A stretch of 64,000 nt of DNA from Dehalococcoidia bacterium. Its GTDB lineage: Bacteria > Chloroflexota > Dehalococcoidia > UBA6926. How positions within the stretch are numbered: the first letter of the stretch is position 1; the number at the start of each line of letters is the position of its first letter. The stretch covers positions 1,166,257-1,230,256 of the forward strand of contig OZ243973.1 of the NCBI GenBank assembly GCA_965214725.1, written 5' to 3'. Under the pieces are notes generated by a model. The model made no database searches. It was given only the letters and a program-made list of their open reading frames with translations, and was not told the origin of the DNA. Shown here one piece after another: positions 38,832 to 48,341 of the stretch. The translations under genes were made by a program, and so were the position numbers.

Positions 38832-39698
38832 ATGATGCAGGGGAGAGCTCGATACTCGGTCCCGCTCCGTCTCGCCCTCCTTGTTGTCGTGGCCGCCTTC
38901 GCTCTTGGCTTGGCCGCGTGTGGAGTCGAACAGGATCCTACCCCCACAACCGCCCCTGCAATCGAGCAGCCGACGTCTCCACCTGCCGTCGCTGATACCC
39001 CCGCGAGTGTGGGTGACACGACACCTGCGGCCCCGTCTCCCACGCCGGGTGATGGTGAAACGGGCGCACCCGTATTGGGTGTAGGCGCGCAGGTGACCCC
39101 GCCGGCGTTGCTGCCGGACCTTGTGGGGGCCACACCGCCCGCTTTGGAGGGAACCGGCACGCAGGCGGAGGCGACACCGACACCGCCTGATACACCGGCG
39201 CCCGCCCCGCCAACAGCCGCGCCGCCCGCCGACACACCGGCGCCTCCCGCGCCGCCGACAGGCAACCGCGTGGGTGATTCCGCGCCGGACTTTGAGGTGA
39301 CCACGACAGACGGCGTCACACGATCATTGACCGACTACAAACAGGCTAACCAGCCCGTCCTGCTGTATTTCTTTGCGACGTGGTGACCGAAATGCCGGTC
39401 TGAGTTGCAGACCCTTCAGAACATCTACCCCGACTATGAGGGGCGGGTGGAGATTCTCGGCATCGGCCAAGACCCGTCTGAGGGCGCCGGTGAGATCGCA
39501 AGCTTCGCGCGCTCAAGGAATCTGACCTTTGACCTCGCGCCATATGAGAACGATATCCTGCCCGCTTACAATGTCATCAGCCAATCATCAAAGGTGGCTA
39601 TCGACGCGAATGGCGTCATCACCTACCGCGGCGGCTACTCCAACACACTCTCAGAGCGTGATTGGCGCAACGTCCTAAACGAGGCGGCCGGCGAATAG
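38832..39698 (+). CDS. Selenoprotein redoxin lipoprotein with Pro/Thr linker and UPKC motif; UGA 39384-39386 read as Sec
   Basis: In-frame join gives YFFATW-U-PKCRSEL; LAAC lipobox; paralog of 38222. Confidence 0.88.
39397..39413 (+). promoter_or_regulatory. Candidate SECIS hairpin
   Basis: GGTCTG-AGTTG-CAGACC; same offset from UGA and same loop as 38514-38530. Confidence 0.75.
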
Positions 39699-39742
39699 CC
39701 GGGGCGGCGCAGGGGTCTGGCTCCCTCTGGTAGACTCGGCTT

Positions 39743-40102
39743 ATGGGTTTGTTCAACGTTGAGTTGACGGTTTCGGATTTGGCGGGCACGCACGTCAGTG
39801 ATGTCGAAGCGCTTGTCGATACGGGTGCGCGTTATACCATGCTGCCCGGCAAACTGCTCCGCGAGATGAACGTTGACGTTGTGCGCGTGGGTCAGTTTGC
39901 GATGGCGGATGGCACCGTCCATGAACTCCCGGTCGGCGAGGCCCGCATTGCCATCAACGGCGTGAGCGCGCCCACCTTTGTCATCTTTGGCCCGGATGAC
40001 TCCGATCCCCTACTCGGCGCATACACGCTTGAGGGGCTTGAGCTCATCGTTGATCCTGTCCACCATCAACTGATGCCTGACGCCGGGCCGTATCACCTCT
40101 AA
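39743..40102 (+). CDS. Small clan AA aspartyl protease-like protein
   Basis: ALVDTGARYT and PLLGAYTLE motifs; 119 aa. Confidence 0.85.
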   Translation: MGLFNVELTVSDLAGTHVSDVEALVDTGARYTMLPGKLLREMNVDVVRVGQFAMADGTVHELPVGEARIAINGVSAPTFVIFGPDDSDPLLGAYTLEGLELIVDPVHHQLMPDAGPYHL

Positions 40103-40117
40103 GCGCCCGTCTAGCGC

Positions 40118-40960
40118 CTACACCCCTAGAAAAGCGCGGGTGGCGGCGATGAATTCCTGCGGCTTGTCTACCGTGACGACGTGGCCTGCATCCGGCACGT
40201 CCACCCAGGACATGTTGCGTGATTCTGCGATCATCTTGTCCTTGAGGGTGTCATCCAGCAATGGGCTTTCCAGTCCGCGCACCTCAAGAATCGGCTGCTC
40301 AATGGTGCGCAGCGCCGCCCAGTAGCGGTTGATCAATGTCTCATCCGTTCCGTCCGCAAGCGGGACGTTGAACAGCGCAGCGTCCGCCTTCCATGTCCAT
40401 GAGCCGTCCGCTGTCTGCTTGATCTTGTCTTGTATGTCTTGGCGGAGCCGGTCATCAGACGCCCACGGGTTGCCGGAGCGCGCCCATGTGACTGCCTCAT
40501 CAACGCTGCTGAATGACATGGGCGTTGGCGGGCGGCTGCCCGATTGCGCCTTCGATTCCTCGCTCGGCTCAGGGCCAATGTCCACAATGACGATGCGCTC
40601 CACCTTTTCGGGGTGCTTTTCACCCGTGTACAGCAGTGAATGCCAGCCGCCCATTGACAGGCCGACCAGCACGAAGCGGTCAAATCCGAGGGCGACAACA
40701 AACTCGTCGAGGTCTTCGACGAACCGGTCACGCGCATAGCCGGTGGAGGCATGCTCACTCTCTCCGTGCCCGCGCTGATCGACGGTGACGACGTGGAAAT
40801 GCTGTGCCATCGCCTCCGCAAACTCATCCCAGATATGTGCTTGCCCTGTGTGGCCGTGTAGACACACCATGGGCATCTTATCCTCGTTCCCGTAGTCGAA
40901 ATAGCGGAGCCGCACGCCGTTCACGGTGACGTGCTTCTCCTGAATCTGTGTGGCAGTCAT
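40118..40960 (-). CDS. Alpha/beta hydrolase
   Basis: LHG, DQRGHGES, GLSMGG nucleophile, AGH; RBS before ATG 40960. Confidence 0.92.
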   Translation of the reverse strand: MTATQIQEKHVTVNGVRLRYFDYGNEDKMPMVCLHGHTGQAHIWDEFAEAMAQHFHVVTVDQRGHGESEHASTGYARDRFVEDLDEFVVALGFDRFVLVGLSMGGWHSLLYTGEKHPEKVERIVIVDIGPEPSEESKAQSGSRPPTPMSFSSVDEAVTWARSGNPWASDDRLRQDIQDKIKQTADGSWTWKADAALFNVPLADGTDETLINRYWAALRTIEQPILEVRGLESPLLDDTLKDKMIAESRNMSWVDVPDAGHVVTVDKPQEFIAATRAFLGV

Positions 40961-41082
40961 CTCTCTCCCCCAAGCCCCGAAATCATGTCCCATGCTCCGC
41001 ATCAACCCAGTCATTGTAGCAAGGGAGCCCTCAACCGCGGGCGGCACACCGGGCGAGAGGCCTTGGGAGCTGCCGCGCCCGC

Positions 41083-42345
41083 CTACTGTCCCCACACGGT
41101 GGTGTCCGGGTAGAGGTCTACCCATGCGAACCAGAAGGAGGGTGTGGTGGGTATCTGGATAAGGCGCGCGCCCTCAAGCGGGCCGGCAATCGCCGCGCCC
41201 CTGCTTGCGCTCCATATTGAGCCGGTCTCCCGGTCACGCATCATTGGGCCTGCCGTGTGCGGCGCGTCCTGACTCTGTGCCTCGTTCGGCGCCTCAAATG
41301 TCAGCGCGTCCGGCGCGTTCATGCCGAATGGCCCCTCCGCAATGGCCAAGGCATCATCACTGAGGAATCGGCTCCATGCCGCCGCAAATCCTGCCTCCGG
41401 CTCATGGATGACAACGATCTGCACGCCGCCAAGCGCATCATTGACGATGGGCGTCTCAACGAGGTTGTCATACGCATAGGCGCGCCTACTCGTTCCGATC
41501 TCGACACCCAGCACGAGGTCCTTGAGCATGAGGCGATGATCACGGACGCGCCGTCCGAGGATGCCGGCATCCGGGTTTGTGTAGTACGTGTCGTAGGTGT
41601 CCCGTCTGTACAGCCCGCCCTTGTCCAAGACCTGCGTCTCCGGATAGAGCGCACTCCATGCCTCCCAGGACATGAGGCGTGATGCCACGAGTTCAAGGCG
41701 CGCGCCCTCCAGTGGGCCGGAGATGGCGGAGCCGTACGCCTGACTCCACTCAGAATCCGTCTGATCATCAAACATGACCAGATTGTTGAGGATCAGCTTG
41801 CCGGAGACACCGAACGTGAGCTCCTGCCCCTCAACCTCTCGGCCATACACGATGGCCGTATAACAGAGTGGTCACCACGTGACCGCAATGGGCGCGCCTC
41901 CGACGGTGTCATTGACGATTTCATGGCGGCTGAGCATGGCAGTGGGGTAGGCGCGGACATCGCCATCAAGCTCCACGCCGATGATCGGCTCATCCGCGTT
42001 CATCCACGCCTCCGCGTCAGAGGCGGTGACGAATTCCGGCTCGCGTATGGCGGGGATGGCATCCTTGCCAAGCACCGTCACCACATCCAGGTCCCGGTTG
42101 ATGCTGTTCGGAACGACCGACGGCCGACTCACGGGCGTCGATGTCGTTGCAGTTTGGGGCGCCGATGGGGTGGCAGTCGCGTTCCGTGTCTGAACGACGG
42201 GCTCCGCCTCATAGGTAACCTGGATGGTGTCCTGCTCCACGCCGCCGATGTTGCAGCCGGTCATGCCCAGAAGGCTCAGCGCAGCGGCCGTCAGGACAAC
42301 CGCCGAAATGAACCGGGAACCGATCACTACCGTGCGCTGTGGCAT
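41083..42345 (-). CDS. DUF3179 selenoprotein with UPLC motif; UGA 41874-41872 read as Sec
   Basis: ORFs 41872-42345 and 41083-41850 are in frame, giving AVTW-U-PLCYTAIVY, matching YCTLCGSG of the paralog at 19708; MTGC lipobox. Confidence 0.88.
41840..41858 (-). promoter_or_regulatory. Candidate SECIS hairpin
   Basis: Minus strand CGGCCAT-CGTGT-ATGGCCG 13 nt after the UGA, with a lower CTCT/AGAG stem. Confidence 0.7.
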
Positions 42346-42546
42346 GCCCCCACCCTTCTTAGCCTTGTCTCAGTGTATGGCGTTCCGCCAATGCCATGCG
42401 CAGGCGTTTCTGATTGCCATGCGCGGCCGTGTTTGTGTCGAGAAGTGGAGCCGCTGGCCCGTTTACGTTGACGCTGTGGGCGGGCGCTCCTATTCTGAGC
42501 GAATATCGTTGGCGTGGCCGGTGGCAAGCCGAGGCATGGAGATGTG

Positions 42547-44982
42547 ATGACGAACGGGGACAACTCCGCAGGAACAGGCGCGCTGCACGGGCTGACGATT
42601 CTTGATGTGACGGGTACGCACGGGCAGCCATGCGGCCGCATTCTCGCCGATCTCGGCGCGGATGTCATCCTGATTGAGCCGCCGTCCGGCAGCCCGTCCC
42701 GCTCGATGGCTCCATTCGCGCATGGTGAGTCCGGGCAGGACACCAGCCTGTTCTTTGTTCATTTCAACGCCAACAAGCGCGGCGTCACGCTCGATCTGGA
42801 CACGGCGGATGATAGGGCGCGATTCCTGGAGCTGGTTCGTGGGGCGGATGTGGTGCTCGAGTCCGGCGCCCCCGGCGAGATGGCCGCGCGCGGGCTCGAT
42901 TATGAGGCCCTTGCCGCCGTCAACCCCGCCATCGTTATGACATCAATCACGCCGTTCGGCCAGACGGGCCCGTATCGCGGCTTTCATGGCGCGGACATCG
43001 TTGTGAACGCCGTTGGCGGCGCCGTGTATGTGGAGGGGGAGGCGGACGGCCCGCCCGTGACGATGCCCCGCTATCAGGGCTATCAGATGAGTTCCATCCA
43101 TGCCGCCTTCGGCACGCTGATTGCTCTCTGGCAGCGCCGCAAAACGGGTCGTGGCCAGCGGCTTGATGTCGCCATGACCGAGGCTCTGGCGCACATGAAT
43201 ATGCATCTCATGCGCTATGCCTCAACGGGTGAGGTGGCGCCACGCCGCGGCAGCCGTGGCGGCAACGGCCCCACGCAGTACTTTCAGGCGTCTGACGGCG
43301 TGTGGGTGCAGCTCGCGCTGACCACGCCGCGTCAGTGGGTTGAGTTCGCCAATTGGGTCAACCATCCGATGCTGTTGGAGCCCGCATTGCGGGAGTTGAG
43401 CGCGCGCGATGCGAGATCGGACGAGATCAATGCCATCGCCGGCGAGTTCATCGCCGGGATGACGGCGGAGCAATACCTGCGTGATGGCGTCGAGCATCAC
43501 GTGACCGTCGCGCCCGCAAACTCGCCAGCGGATTTCGCCGCCCACCCCCATGCGGAGGCGTATGGGTTCTTTACGCCCATCCAGCATCCCACGCTCGGCG
43601 AGTACCGGATTCCGGGTGGGGCGGCGCGTTTTGGCGCGAGCCCCATTCGCGTGCGCCGTCCCGCGCCATTGCTGGGGCAGCATCAGGATGAGGTGTTTGG
43701 CTCCGCGCCCGCAGATCGTCACGCCGCTCCTGCGAGGGCGATGAGCGGCACAGCGATGAACGGCTCCCCGCTGCCGCTTGATGGTGTGCGCATACTCGCC
43801 TTTGAGCGCGTGTGGGCTGCTCCGTTTGGGACGCGATTCTTGGCGGACTACGGCGCGGACGTCATCAAGGTGGAATCCACACGATTCCCGGATGGGCGCG
43901 TCTTTGATCGTGATGCCAACCCGACTGCGTGGCGCAGCACGAATGCGAGCTACGGTGAGAACAACCGCAACAAACGCTCCATCGCCATTGATCTGCACAC
44001 GGAGGGAGGGCAGGCCCTGTTCAAGCAGCTTGCCGCCGAGGCGGACGTTGTTGTGGAGAACAACGCGCCGGGGGCGATGGATCGGTTCAACATCAACTGG
44101 GATGCGCTCAAGGAGGCGAACCCGCGCCTCATCATGGTCAGCTGCCCCGGCTATGGCGCCATGGGCCCGATGAGAGATTTTACCGCCGTTGGCCAGTGCC
44201 TGACATCATTCACCGGGCTCGGCTATCTGTGGGCGCAGCCGGACGCTCCGTGGCCGGCGCGCGGCAGGAACGCCTACCCGGACTTCATCACGGCGGGCAA
44301 CCTCGCCCTGTCCATCATGGCGGCGCTGCACCATCGTGAGCGAACGGGTGAGGGGCAGTTCATTGAGATTCCACAGTTCCAGGCGGCCGCGAGTGTGATT
44401 GGTCTTGCATTCTTGGAGACACAGTTCGGCGCGGAGTCCGCAGAGGCGTGGGGCAACCGCGATCCGAATGCCGCCCCGCAGGGCGTCTATCAGTGTGGCG
44501 GCGGCGATCGCTGGTGCGCCATCTCCTGCCCGGACGATGAGAACGTCTCGTGGCGCGCACTGGCCCGGGTTATGGGCAGGCCTGAACTCGCCGATGATCC
44601 GCGCTTCGCAACCTTTGCAGATCGACAACGCAACCATGATGCGCTCGATACTGAGATAACCGCATGGACGCGTACACGCTCCGCCCATCAGGTCATGTAC
44701 ACCTGCCAACGCGCCGGTGTTGCCGCGGGCGTGGTGGCCACCGGGGAAGACCTGTACATCGACCCGCAGCTCCGCTCGCGCGGGTACATCGTGGAGGTTG
44801 ACCACAACGTCCCCGGCCCGATAGAGCACCCGGGCATGACGGTTGCGTTCAGTGAGACACCCGGCCGCGTGCGGATGGGCGCGCCCACGCCCGGCCTCCA
44901 CACGCATGAGGTTCTCACGGGCGTGCTCGGCCTCACTGAAGAAGGCTACGCGCAGTATGAGGAGTCCGGCGCGCTCGGCTAG
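42547..44982 (+). CDS. Family III CoA-transferase, tandem two-domain fusion (CaiB/BaiF)
   Basis: Two repeats of LADLGADVI..E / NANKRG and LADYGADVIKVE / NRNKRS. Confidence 0.93.
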   Translation: MTNGDNSAGTGALHGLTILDVTGTHGQPCGRILADLGADVILIEPPSGSPSRSMAPFAHGESGQDTSLFFVHFNANKRGVTLDLDTADDRARFLELVRGADVVLESGAPGEMAARGLDYEALAAVNPAIVMTSITPFGQTGPYRGFHGADIVVNAVGGAVYVEGEADGPPVTMPRYQGYQMSSIHAAFGTLIALWQRRKTGRGQRLDVAMTEALAHMNMHLMRYASTGEVAPRRGSRGGNGPTQYFQASDGVWVQLALTTPRQWVEFANWVNHPMLLEPALRELSARDARSDEINAIAGEFIAGMTAEQYLRDGVEHHVTVAPANSPADFAAHPHAEAYGFFTPIQHPTLGEYRIPGGAARFGASPIRVRRPAPLLGQHQDEVFGSAPADRHAAPARAMSGTAMNGSPLPLDGVRILAFERVWAAPFGTRFLADYGADVIKVESTRFPDGRVFDRDANPTAWRSTNASYGENNRNKRSIAIDLHTEGGQALFKQLAAEADVVVENNAPGAMDRFNINWDALKEANPRLIMVSCPGYGAMGPMRDFTAVGQCLTSFTGLGYLWAQPDAPWPARGRNAYPDFITAGNLALSIMAALHHRERTGEGQFIEIPQFQAAASVIGLAFLETQFGAESAEAWGNRDPNAAPQGVYQCGGGDRWCAISCPDDENVSWRALARVMGRPELADDPRFATFADRQRNHDALDTEITAWTRTRSAHQVMYTCQRAGVAAGVVATGEDLYIDPQLRSRGYIVEVDHNVPGPIEHPGMTVAFSETPGRVRMGAPTPGLHTHEVLTGVLGLTEEGYAQYEESGALG

Positions 44983-45025
44983 AGCCGCCGTTCGTGACGC
45001 GCGCCATGCCCGTGCCGACCACATT

Positions 45026-45943
45026 ATGACTGGTCGTCGCCTCCCCCGGCAGATGACGGTTGTCCCTGCCTACCGACTGGAGGGGCACTTTGCCGAGCAG
45101 GCCCTGAATCAGGCCGAGAAACCCCCGCTTGATGTGTTCCGGGAGCGGCTGCGGCTGTATGTGCGCCGCCTCCTCGCCGGCGAGCAGCCCGCGTTCATCG
45201 ATATTGGCGAACATTGGACGATGACGCAGACCGGTGATCCTGATCTCAACGCGTTCATCCGCGCCGTGAACGCTGCAGATGCGGCGGCGCCGCGCGGCAT
45301 TGTTGAGGACACGCTTGTGCGATGCTCGCAGGCCCTGCCGCGCCCAGACCTCTTGTCCCGCGTTGTTATCCTCATGGGGGATGGTGAGAGCCGCGGCCTG
45401 ACGCAGGCGATGCAGCACGTGAATGGTGTCAGCCTCGGCTCCGGCGTCTCTCTGCTCTTCCTCTGGCCCGCGCATAACTGGAGGGAGACCCTTGCCTATG
45501 TCACGGCGCATGAATACGTCCATCTAGTTCGCAACCGGCTGTTCCCGCGCGGTGTGAGCGGCGGGCGCATGATCTATATCAAGAACAATGAGCCGGACAC
45601 CATCCTGGACGCCATGGTGACGGAGGGCATTGCGGATGCGTTCGCGGAGGGTGTTGTGCCGGAGCATCGGCCGCATTGGATCACTGCGCTCCCGCCGGCA
45701 ATAGAACGCGCCATCTGGCCAAACGTGGAGGGCCACCTGAACGATACGGACCCGGCCGAGATCCGCCGTTACCTGTTTGGGGATGATGACCGCGTGCCTG
45801 TCTGGACAGGACATTCAATTGGATACGCCATCGTGCGGTCATATCTGGCGACACACCCGGACGCGCGGATCGCCTCGATCATCGGGCTGTCCTCACGGAC
45901 CCTCTTGGAGGAAAGCGGCTACCGTCCGGGAGAGCAGACATGA
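45026..45943 (+). CDS. DUF2268-like Zn-dependent protease
   Basis: AHEYVH, MVTEG.AD.FA, P.WTGHSIGY.IV..YL; start uncertain. Confidence 0.8.
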   Translation: MTGRRLPRQMTVVPAYRLEGHFAEQALNQAEKPPLDVFRERLRLYVRRLLAGEQPAFIDIGEHWTMTQTGDPDLNAFIRAVNAADAAAPRGIVEDTLVRCSQALPRPDLLSRVVILMGDGESRGLTQAMQHVNGVSLGSGVSLLFLWPAHNWRETLAYVTAHEYVHLVRNRLFPRGVSGGRMIYIKNNEPDTILDAMVTEGIADAFAEGVVPEHRPHWITALPPAIERAIWPNVEGHLNDTDPAEIRRYLFGDDDRVPVWTGHSIGYAIVRSYLATHPDARIASIIGLSSRTLLEESGYRPGEQT

Positions 45944-45989
45944 CGAATTGAGAGATGAGGTATAAGAGGCATAGCGGGATGGAAAGACG

Positions 45990-46026
45990 CGAGAGAGGGG
46001 CGCCGCTCAGCGGCGCCCCTCTCTCG
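45990..46026. terminator. Perfect 17-bp hairpin between convergent genes
   Basis: cgagagaggggcgccgc-tca-gcggcgcccctctctcg. Confidence 0.7.
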
Positions 46027-46131
46027 TAATTGCCCCCGGGCCCGTCTTGGCTGCCGGTTCCCGCGTCAGATGGACAGAACACGGGATAGGGAGGAACGGC
46101 AGGCTAGACGATGTGCCCGTTGTGCCCCCGT

Positions 46132-46587
46132 TTATTTGGACCAGCCGCGATGATGACTAAACCCATGATGGCGCTTCCCGAAGCCACGCCCCCATGAGAC
46201 CGCATCCGGCTTGTCGTCATACCATGTCAGATACTCATCCGCCTCATCCTGCGTCATCGTGCCGGCCTCGACGGCTGCATCCAGCTGCGCCTCAATCTTG
46301 TCACGGTGGGCCTGCTCCCATTTCTCGCGCCATGCCTCTTTGGTCTCCGCTCGCGCGGTCTCGATGGCATCGCGCACCGCGTCCTCATCCTCGTCGAGGA
46401 TTTCCGCGACGCGCGCCACGAAATCATCGAAGTAGGCGTCTTTATCTTGGTAGGTATCCTTATCGTGACCCGCCTTGTCCGTATCAGCGTCATCAACGAC
46501 TTGCTGAGCGATGACGGCGCCGGCGCCAATACCCAACGTCAATAGCGCCGCCAAAGCCACGCCAACCAGCAAGAACCGCTTCTTCAC
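46132..46587 (-). CDS. Secreted hypothetical protein
   Basis: Signal peptide KKRFLLVGVALAALL; LDAAVEAGTMTQDEADE motif; GAGG RBS. Confidence 0.75.
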   Translation of the reverse strand: MKKRFLLVGVALAALLTLGIGAGAVIAQQVVDDADTDKAGHDKDTYQDKDAYFDDFVARVAEILDEDEDAVRDAIETARAETKEAWREKWEQAHRDKIEAQLDAAVEAGTMTQDEADEYLTWYDDKPDAVSWGRGFGKRHHGFSHHRGWSK

Positions 46588-46829
46588 GTCCGCAACCCTC
46601 CTCGCTCACGCTGTGTATTCACAATCGATTACCCCTTACTGGGTGATTCACTAACAAGAATAACGGCGCCGCGCGCGGAGAGGTTAGCAGCCCAAACAGA
46701 ATCCCATTTACTGTCAACATCCATGCGCCAAGCCGGAACGCGGCGGGCAATAGTCTCGGCGGCATTGCCGGAACGCGGCGGACCAATCACTTCCACAACC
46801 ATTGCCGGAACGCGAACCGAGAAAAATCA

Positions 46830-46859
46830 TTGACCGTTTTCGTGCTGCCTCACTAGAAT
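46830..46859 (+). promoter_or_regulatory. Promoter of tRNA-Val
   Basis: TTGACC-18 nt-TAGAAT. Confidence 0.6.
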
Positions 46860-46907
46860 GAGTTTCGCTCCGTCGCTCCCGTGGCGACACGGATGCGCGA
46901 GCACAGT

Positions 46908-46984
46908 GGGCGGTTAGCTCAGTTGGTTAGAGCGCAGCGTTGACATCGCTGAGGTCAGAGGTTCAAATCCTCTATCGCCCACCA
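46908..46984 (+). tRNA. tRNA-Val(GAC)
   Basis: GGGCGGT acceptor stem, anticodon arm cagcg-ttGACat-cgctg, GGTTCAAATCC, encoded CCA. Confidence 0.97.
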
Positions 46985-47070
46985 TCCCCTCCGTTTCCAT
47001 GATGTACAATTTTGTGGATGCAGACACATTTCAATCTGTGCATACCAACCTAGTCATTGCGAGGGGAACG

Positions 47071-48258
47071 ATGAGGCATCCGATTATTGCAATTCTTGCA
47101 CTAATGCTGTCCGGTATTGTGATTCTTGGCCTTGCGGCGGGCTGCTCCGGTGAATCTGAGGACGATGAGCCGACTACGTACCGCGTTGGCGTCATGGAGG
47201 CCCTGACAGGCCCCGGCGAGACATATGGCAACGTTGCCAATCGCGCCAAGCAGCTGGCGCTGGATGAGATCAATGACGCGGGCGGCATCAATGGAACGCC
47301 GCTTGAGCTAGTGGTCGAGGATTCCAAGTGCAATGCGCAGGACGCGATAACGGCATATAACAAGCTGACGGATGTGGACGACATCAAGATCATCCTGGGG
47401 ACGTCCTGCAGCGGCGCCATGCTGGCTGTCGCCCCGTTGGCCGAGGAGGATGGCGTTGTGCTCTTCTCCTCATCAGCGACGAATCCGGCGATTGCTGACG
47501 CGGGCGATTATATCTTCCGCAGCGCGATCAGTGACGAGAAACTGGGCATCGAGACGGCAAGCCTGCTCCGCGCGGATGACATCGAGACACTCGTCACCAT
47601 GTCCGAGACCACGGATTATGCCGAGGGCGTGCGCCGCGGCGTTTCTGAGCATTTCGAGACGCTTGGCGGCTTGGTCGTCGGTGAGGAACGGTATCAGGAG
47701 GGCACGCTCGACTTCAGGACACAGTTGACGCAGCTGCGTGAGCTGGACACGGATGCGCTGTTTATTGCGGCGCAGACGGAGGCAAGCGCCGGCTCCATCA
47801 TCAAGCAGGCGCGTGAGATCGGCTTTGAGGGGGCGATCTACGGGGAAGTGGTCTCCACCGGCTTTACGGCCCTGGACGTCGCCGGTGAGGCGGCAACAGA
47901 CATGAAGGCAGTGATCGCAGACCTGGACCCGGGCATCGAGAAGAGCCAGAGCGTTCTGCAGGATTTCCGTGACCGATATGAGTACGTCACCCTGCCCTGG
48001 TATCTCGGCTCCGCGTATGACAGTGTGTACATCGTCGCGGAGTGCCTGAAGCAGACGGCGGATGATCAGGACGCGGCCGCGTTCAGAGACTGCATGTATG
48101 GGGTGACGTGGAGCGGCGCCATCGGCAATAACTACTCATTCGATGAGCGCGGAGAGGTTGTTGGCCTATCCAACGTCGTGATCCAGATCCTGCCGGTTGA
48201 TGAGCGCACGGCTGATAATCAGGGCTACGTCGTCCTCGGTCCCGCACCGACTGAATAA
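47071..48258 (+). CDS. Branched-chain amino acid ABC transporter substrate-binding lipoprotein (orphan)
   Basis: AAGC lipobox, LTGP...YG, EINDAGGING, EDSKC, DYIFR, DFRTQL. Confidence 0.9.
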   Translation: MRHPIIAILALMLSGIVILGLAAGCSGESEDDEPTTYRVGVMEALTGPGETYGNVANRAKQLALDEINDAGGINGTPLELVVEDSKCNAQDAITAYNKLTDVDDIKIILGTSCSGAMLAVAPLAEEDGVVLFSSSATNPAIADAGDYIFRSAISDEKLGIETASLLRADDIETLVTMSETTDYAEGVRRGVSEHFETLGGLVVGEERYQEGTLDFRTQLTQLRELDTDALFIAAQTEASAGSIIKQAREIGFEGAIYGEVVSTGFTALDVAGEAATDMKAVIADLDPGIEKSQSVLQDFRDRYEYVTLPWYLGSAYDSVYIVAECLKQTADDQDAAAFRDCMYGVTWSGAIGNNYSFDERGEVVGLSNVVIQILPVDERTADNQGYVVLGPAPTE

Positions 48259-48341
48259 GAGGTCACACGAAGGCCGCGCTGCGCGGCGTTGACGCTCAGC
48301 TCAATACCTGCCCCCAGGCTGAGCGGGTAGTCTGATTCTTC

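Noticed and set aside
38940-39260. DNA repeat array
   Set aside because: Low-complexity Pro/Thr/Ala linker of a lipoprotein.
38222-42345. Nonsense pseudogenes
   Set aside because: All three stops are TGA at a CxxC cysteine position with a downstream hairpin, which favours selenocysteine.
46732-46820. CRISPR array
   Set aside because: Repeats are only 11-15 bp, three copies, period about 36 bp, and there are no cas genes.
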